Part shown: positions 58,497 to 64,000 of the stretch, piece by piece
Layout: each line of letters begins with the position of its first letter
Position numbering within the stretch: position 1 is the first letter of the stretch
Origin: an uncultured Acidobacteriota bacterium
GTDB taxonomy: Bacteria; Acidobacteriota; UBA6911
Assembly (NCBI GenBank): GCA_963809485.1
Contig: CAWEJX010000006.1
Span: 370,836-434,835 of the forward strand
Reading direction: 5' to 3'
DNA: 64,000 nt
Notes under the pieces: generated by a model
The model's input: only the letters and a program-made list of their open reading frames with translations
The model's database searches: none
Told to the model about the DNA's origin: nothing
Program-made: the position numbers and the translations under genes

Positions 58497-60263
58497 GCGG
58501 GGATCCCTCCTTGTGCAACCGCAGAACCTGTCTGGGTCTCAAAAATTGTCCGGTAGGTCGGATCGGATTGCAGGAGCTCCTCATGAGTCCCCGTTGCCAC
58601 GATTCGGCCGTCTTCCATCACTATGATCCGGTCGGCGAAGCAAATCGTTGTGATCTTCTGGCTGATGATGATGGCAGTCCTGTCCCCAAATTCGCGATAA
58701 AGCCCTTCCACAATTCTTTGTTCGGTGGTGATATCCAGGGATGAGGTAACGTCGTCCAGTATGATTATATCCGGCTTGGCTGCTATGGCCCGGGCGATCG
58801 CGACGCGCTGCCGCTGGCCTCCGGAAAGCCCGGCGCCGCGTTCTCCTACGGATGCCTCCCATCCCTCGGGCTTTTCCTGGATAATTTCCGTGGCACAGGC
58901 GATCATGGCGGCTCTTTCCAGTTCGAACCGGCTTGCCTGGGGTGCACTGAACGCCAGGTTTTCCCGTATCGTTCCGCTGAAAAGCACCGTCTCCTGCAGG
59001 ACCATCGCCACCCGTGTGCGCAGGGTATCGAAAGTCAAATCCCTCACGTCCACATCGTCGAGCAGGACGCTTCCTTCCTCGGGATCATAGAAACGGGGTA
59101 TCAAACTAACCAGGCTGGATTTGCCGGCGCCCGTCGTGCCGATGATTCCCAGCTTCTCTCCGGGCTTTATGAGGAGGTTGATATTGCTAAGGGCTTTTTC
59201 TCCCTCTCCGTAGCGGAAAGATACGTTCCGGAATTCAATCTTTCCTTTCAGGGAGGAAAGGCTGCGTGCGCCCTGTCTTTCCTCGACGCTCGGCTTTTCA
59301 CGGAACAAGCCGTCCAGACGGACAGCCGATGCCATCGCCATGCTGATGAAATTCAGCACCATCCCCAGCATCAGGAGGGGGAACATGGCCATGGTGGCAT
59401 AGTTGTTGAAAGCGACCAGCTTGCCCAGCGTAAGGTTCCCGGCCGCGCCGCCGACCGCATCCTCGATGATCGTCGTCCCGCCCGACCACAGGACAATAAG
59501 CGTTGCCAGCTGTGCAATGAGAAAAAACAAGGGGAAGAACAGGGACAGCTTATAGCCTACGTTCAGGCTGATGCTGAAGAAATTCCTGTTGCGGAGGCCG
59601 AACTTCTCCTGTTCCTGGGCCTGGCGCGCGAAGGCGCGGACGATCTTGGCGCCTGCGAGGTTTTCCTGGAGGGTATTGTTCAACTCATCGAGAGCAGTCC
59701 TGGTTTTCATGAAAAGGGGGCGTATGAGGGCGGCCACGGCGAAGAACAGGACCAGGGTCAGGGGCATAAAGGCTGCCATGATATGCGCCAGTCCCGGGAT
59801 CTGTCAGGTACATGGCGATGACAGCCCCGATGATCATGATGACGGACTGCACGATGCTGAAGACGCCCATGCGTACAAACATGCGGATGGTATTGACATC
59901 GGAATTCAGGCGCACCATCAACTCCCCGGTTCGCCAGCGGTCCAGGTTCTCGAAAGAGAAGCTCATGACCTTGCGATACAGGGCGTTGCGCATTTCGTAG
60001 CCCATGGATTGAGAGGACTTGATCAGCGTGTAGCCGGAAGCCATGTTGAGGGCAGCCGCAAGCAGGGCCGTGAGGATGATGCCCGATGCGCCCCAGACGA
60101 CGGCGGAAACAATTCCGGGCTTGATGCCGTTATCGATGGCGTACTCGATCAGCCGGGGCTGAACCAGCCCAAGGCCCGTAGAGGCCATAAGAAGGATGAA
60201 CGAGACAACGAGCGCGCCTGTGGAGTTTTGCAGGAATCGGAAAAGTCTCAGCAGAGCCGCCAT
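58493..60263 (-). CDS. ABC exporter subunit, TM287-like degenerate subunit; frameshift near 59790
   Basis: ORFs 59685-60263 and 58493-59779; GTTGAGKSS, LSGGQRQR, degenerate ILDD and IISQK. Confidence 0.9.
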
Positions 60264-60539
60264 CGAACCTCCATCCCGGGCAACAAGACTAATACAACTT
60301 GAGGATCAGGCAATAAAAAAAGATATAGGCAGCTGCGAAATGCCTGGATGCCGAATTCGGGATCTGCATGAGATCTCTCATTATGGGCTGCATTTTTGTT
60401 GTCGGGGACGCAATAGCTTGATTGGGGAGCGGAGTATACAGGGACCAATACGATTTATGTTCTCCACGCATCGCCTAGATCGCGGTGCTTCCGCGGTGAC
60501 CAGTTTTCATCCACGAGCGGATTGGGACACGGACCGCTA

Positions 60540-61130
60540 TCAATTGCCGTCTTGGGAATTTTGTTGAAGAGCCATCTGTGGATTTGGTCTTGCTGAGCGC
60601 AATGCCCATGCCTCCAGGCCTGAGAGAATCATGGAAACATCCTGCACTGTAAAGTCGAGGGGCTTGAACCTCATATCCACCAGGTCCTTCGCGCTCCAGT
60701 TTGCCTTCATGACACCCTCCTCGGAGTGCCCGTTGGTTCCCTGCAGAATGTGAGTGATTTCATGAGCCAGGACATGCGCCAGAAAGGATGGCATATTATT
60801 GGGATCAACCATCTTCCGCAGGCGGTCGACAAACACATGGATATGGACTCCTTCGAAGGGAAGGGCAAAAGCAAGCACGCCTGGACGATAGTGAGTTTTG
60901 CTTCTTTTCGTTACCAGGGTGATGTGAACCATGCCGTCGGCGGTTGCCGGACAAGCACGCCCATCCTTCCAAATAGTTTTTATGCCTATATTTAAGAACA
61001 TTTTTTCGGCGATTACCTGAGCGAGACCGGCTTCCGGTGTTGCCCGGGTTTCAACACAGATTGTCACCCCGCGCTCCGCGATTCCCATTTTATCCTCCGC
61101 ACGGGCGAAGGTTCCTGCCAATACCGCCAT
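60540..61130 (-). CDS. Hypothetical exported protein with HExxH motif
   Basis: GVLAFALP...LAHVLAHEITHILQG..GHSEEGVMKANW. Confidence 0.7.
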   Translation of the reverse strand: MAVLAGTFARAEDKMGIAERGVTICVETRATPEAGLAQVIAEKMFLNIGIKTIWKDGRACPATADGMVHITLVTKRSKTHYRPGVLAFALPFEGVHIHVFVDRLRKMVDPNNMPSFLAHVLAHEITHILQGTNGHSEEGVMKANWSAKDLVDMRFKPLDFTVQDVSMILSGLEAWALRSARPNPQMALQQNSQDGN

Positions 61131-61270
61131 TGTATCATCTTGTTGATCTTCATTGCCCCTCCCGCTGCCTCTGCTTCGGTAAGCGGAAGTGGCGGGACGG
61201 AACTACAACGGCCTGCAGATGTTTTTTGTATTATCTTTGGGGTATATAATCTTCTGACCTGGAGCAGCAT

Positions 61271-61849
61271 ATGCATCCCCTGCCGTCAGCCGAAATCACG
61301 GGTCTGCTGCGGGCTTGGGCCGGCGGAGATCAATCCGCGCTGGATCAGCTCACGCCCCTGGTCTACGCAGAGCTTCGCCGCATGGCCAGGGGGTATATGC
61401 GGCGCGAACGCCCGGGCCAGACACTCCAGACCACGGCCCTGGTTCATGAGGCCTATATGCGACTGGTGGATGTGACCCGGGTGGATTGGCATGACCGGGC
61501 CCATTTTTTCGCTATCTCGGCACAGATGATGCGGCGGATTTTGGTAGACGCAGCCCGGGCGCGCACCTCCGTCAAGCGCGGCGCCCGCTCGCCTCGAGTC
61601 AACCTCGACGACGTTCCCGAAATTTCCTCAGAGCGGGCTCATGAACTGGTCTCTATTGATGAGGCGTTGAAGGTTTTATCGAAAGTGGATCCCCGAAAGG
61701 CACAGGTCATCGAATTGCGCTTCTTCGGCGGGTTGAGCGTGGAAGAGACTGCGGATGTTTTGAAGATCTCCCCTCAGAGCGTTATGCGCGACTGGAGGCT
61801 GGCCAGAGCCTTTTTGATGCGGGAAATCAAGGGAAGCGCAAAATCCTGA
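61271..61849 (+). CDS. ECF sigma factor, TIGR02999-like
   Basis: EITGLLRAW..GDQSALDQLTPLVYAELRR, TLQTTALVHEAYMRL, DRAHFFA, ELRFFGGLSVEETA, RDWRLARA. Confidence 0.95.
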   Translation: MHPLPSAEITGLLRAWAGGDQSALDQLTPLVYAELRRMARGYMRRERPGQTLQTTALVHEAYMRLVDVTRVDWHDRAHFFAISAQMMRRILVDAARARTSVKRGARSPRVNLDDVPEISSERAHELVSIDEALKVLSKVDPRKAQVIELRFFGGLSVEETADVLKISPQSVMRDWRLARAFLMREIKGSAKS

Positions 61850-61880
61850 TAATTAAATAGGTGATCCCCAGCTCCGTTAG

Positions 61881-61956
61881 GGGACTCACAGAGTTTGACA
61901 GCTCCAGGATCACAGAACGCTGACACAGGCCGAAAAAGCGCTGACCAACCCTGATA
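61881..61956 (+). repeat. ACGCTGA-unit repeat, copy F
   Basis: GGGACTCACAGAGTTTGACAGCTCC leader, then ACGCTGA/GCGCTGA/CCCTGA units. Confidence 0.75.
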
Positions 61957-62094
61957 TTTATCCCGCGCTGGCCCGCAATTTGACATAGAGTTCGAGCGGG
62001 GATGCGGGGAAGCGACTCAATATTGAGGGCAAGGGCCCGGTCAAAGAAGCACTTGCTGCACTGGCTATTCGATGGTAACGACAGTAAAGGCAAT

Positions 62095-62345
62095 CCCTTA
62101 AGGCCCTGCATGCTGATCTTTATCCTGTATGTGCCAAGGTCTACTGCATGGAGCCGGTATATCTTCGAAGGATTGGTCACGGTGGTTCTCACGATGCCGG
62201 TGTTGACATTGGAGAGCTCGATGGCGATGCCAAAAATGACCGCGCCGGAGATGTCCGACACTGTGCCGGATACCGTGCCGCGGCTGGTCTGTGCGTGCGC
62301 AACGGGAGAAAGAAGCACTATCGCGGAGCAATCCGAGAGGGACAC
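62095..62345 (-). pseudogene. Truncated carboxypeptidase-regulatory-like domain (5' remnant of an Oar-like receptor)
   Basis: AHAQTSRGTVSGTVSDISGAVI....NVNTGIVRTTVTN...Y...GTY.I....QG, after which similarity ends. Confidence 0.7.
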
Positions 62346-62399
62346 GAAACCCAGTATTTGACGGGTTCGCTCTCATAAGCCCACCCCATTATTGGAGTG

Positions 62400-64000
62400 C
62401 TATCGTAATGTTTTCGACGCTTTCCCGGAATTCCGAATAAAGCTGGGGTGCGGACACGGGCCGTATATCGACGTTTGCGGCGAGAGCCCTGTCAAAAAAG
62501 CTCTGCCAGCTTGGCGGGGCTTCAGGAAATGGGTCCGCAAAGGCATCACTTGTCCCGCCAATATCCGGTTGCTCATGTCCAGTGATGTGGAGCCGTCAAA
62601 GGGATGGATGCCCGTCAGCATTTCGTAAGCCACGACTGCCAGCTGCCCAAACATCCCAGCTTTCGGCCGGCTGGCCTCCGCGCAGTTCCTCCGGCGACAT
62701 GTATTTCAAGGTGCCCAGCAGCATTCCGGGTCCTGTCTGACTTGAACGGGTTGAATCCGTTGCAGCAAGAGGTTTCGCGACTCCGAAATCGAGGATCTTC
62801 ACGACCTCGGTTGTTTCAGAGTTTGAGAGAAAGATGTTTTCGGGCTTGAGGTCCCGGTGCAACAGCCGGAGGCGATGGGCGGCGTCGACGGCAGCGCAAA
62901 CGCCATTGAAGATCTCCGAGGCCCGAGAAGGCGGCAGGTGGCCATGCCGGTTCAATTCCTGGCGCAGAGTCGAGCCCTGCAACAGTTCCATGACTAGGTA
63001 GGCGCGCTGTCGTCGGCGACGCCGAAATCATAGACGGTGACGACGTTCGGGTGGGAAAAGCTTGCGACCGTCTTTGTCTTCCCGCCTGAATCGCGTGACG
63101 GCTTCGGTGCTCGATGTCAGGTCGGGCCGGATGAGTTTAACGGCGACATGGCGTCCGAGCTGAGTGTCGAGTGACTCATAGACCATTCCCATGCCGCCCT
63201 CGCCCAGGCGTTTTTCGAATCGATAACGATGGGCCAGCAACCGCGGGAAGAGAGCGGTGTAAGATCCGCTCCTTCTTTGCGGCACTTGCCGGACCCGGTG
63301 TCGTAGCAGGTTCCGCATTCGGGACACACTTCGAAGCCTTTGGACGAGGTTTGTTCCAGCAGCAGGGCAAGGCTGCCGATGATTCCCTGCAATAGTTCCT
63401 GGTCTTCCCAGGAGTAGGGCTCTTCGGACTTTTTGGGTCCCATCACGAGCAGAGCCTCGGTCTGGCCTTCGATCAGGGAGACAGGGAACAGCCATTCGAC
63501 ATGCGCCTGCTGTAACAGACGGATTTCCTGCTGGGGCAATTGGCGGAGCCAGCCGGACTGGCTGGGCGAGACCTCGAGGGGCTTCCCGAGGAGGCGAGCC
63601 ATCCCTATCAGTTTGCTGTCGGCCGGAATGGAGGGAGGGGCGTTTCCGCTGGAAGAGAGAACCCGATATTTGGGCTCTCCGGGTGGACGCATGAGAAGGG
63701 CTGCGAACTCGGGATGGAGGGCGCTTTCGACTTGCGAGACCACGAGCGGGGCGACTTTCTCGAAGTCGGGGATTGGCAGATCTCGTCGACTACGGCACGC
63801 AGGTACGCTGGGCGTCGTAATGCTCGCGGAAGAAGCGGCGGTCGAGAGCATCGAGCCACATCCGTTGGCGATAATGCAACAGGAATGCTCCGGCGGCCAG
63901 CAGCGCATAAAGCCAGACGCGCCGGCTCATGATGTCAGCGAGCGGCTGGGCGCGGTGGAGGAACAGATCGCCCACGAACAAGGCGCCAATGACAGGAACA
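62400..64000 (-). CDS. Membrane Ser/Thr protein kinase (5' end truncated by window; multiple frameshifts)
   Basis: Fragments: TM + LDRRFFRE.YDA, GAF-like region, CPECG..Y, LGEGGMG.VY, VAVK, HRDLKPEN, DFG, GTLKYMSPE, YEMLTG.HPF. Confidence 0.85.

Overview
A GC-rich bacterial chromosomal segment, most plausibly from an anaerobic Acidobacteriota. This is an inference from the Oar-like TonB receptors, a TIGR02999-type ECF sigma factor next to a Ser/Thr kinase, and nrfHA. Gene content: amtB-glnK-glnD; three TonB-dependent receptors (one apparently plug-less); a hexuronate cluster (uxaE, uxuB-like SDR, LarA-family epimerase, gnd, kdgK-like kinase); a stand-alone homolog of the type III CRISPR CorA effector; an orphan protein resembling phage DGR targets beside a DUF4160/HTH toxin-antitoxin-like pair; two aromatic amino-acid loci with unusual fusions (CM-PDT-DAHPS and DAHPS plus PDH-CM, the latter behind a Tyr/Phe-rich leader peptide); nrfHA with a CxxCH first haem motif; larA next to nikR; a Cpx-like LTxxQ/HK/RR module; and a heterodimeric ABC exporter. 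Intergenic spaces carry several families of dispersed, often nested palindromic or short-period repeats, and a probable group II intron 5' remnant. Many single-base frameshifts in otherwise intact genes look like assembly errors. No tRNA, rRNA, CRISPR array, transposase or reverse transcriptase was seen. Family assignments are from motif recognition by eye; no database searches were run.
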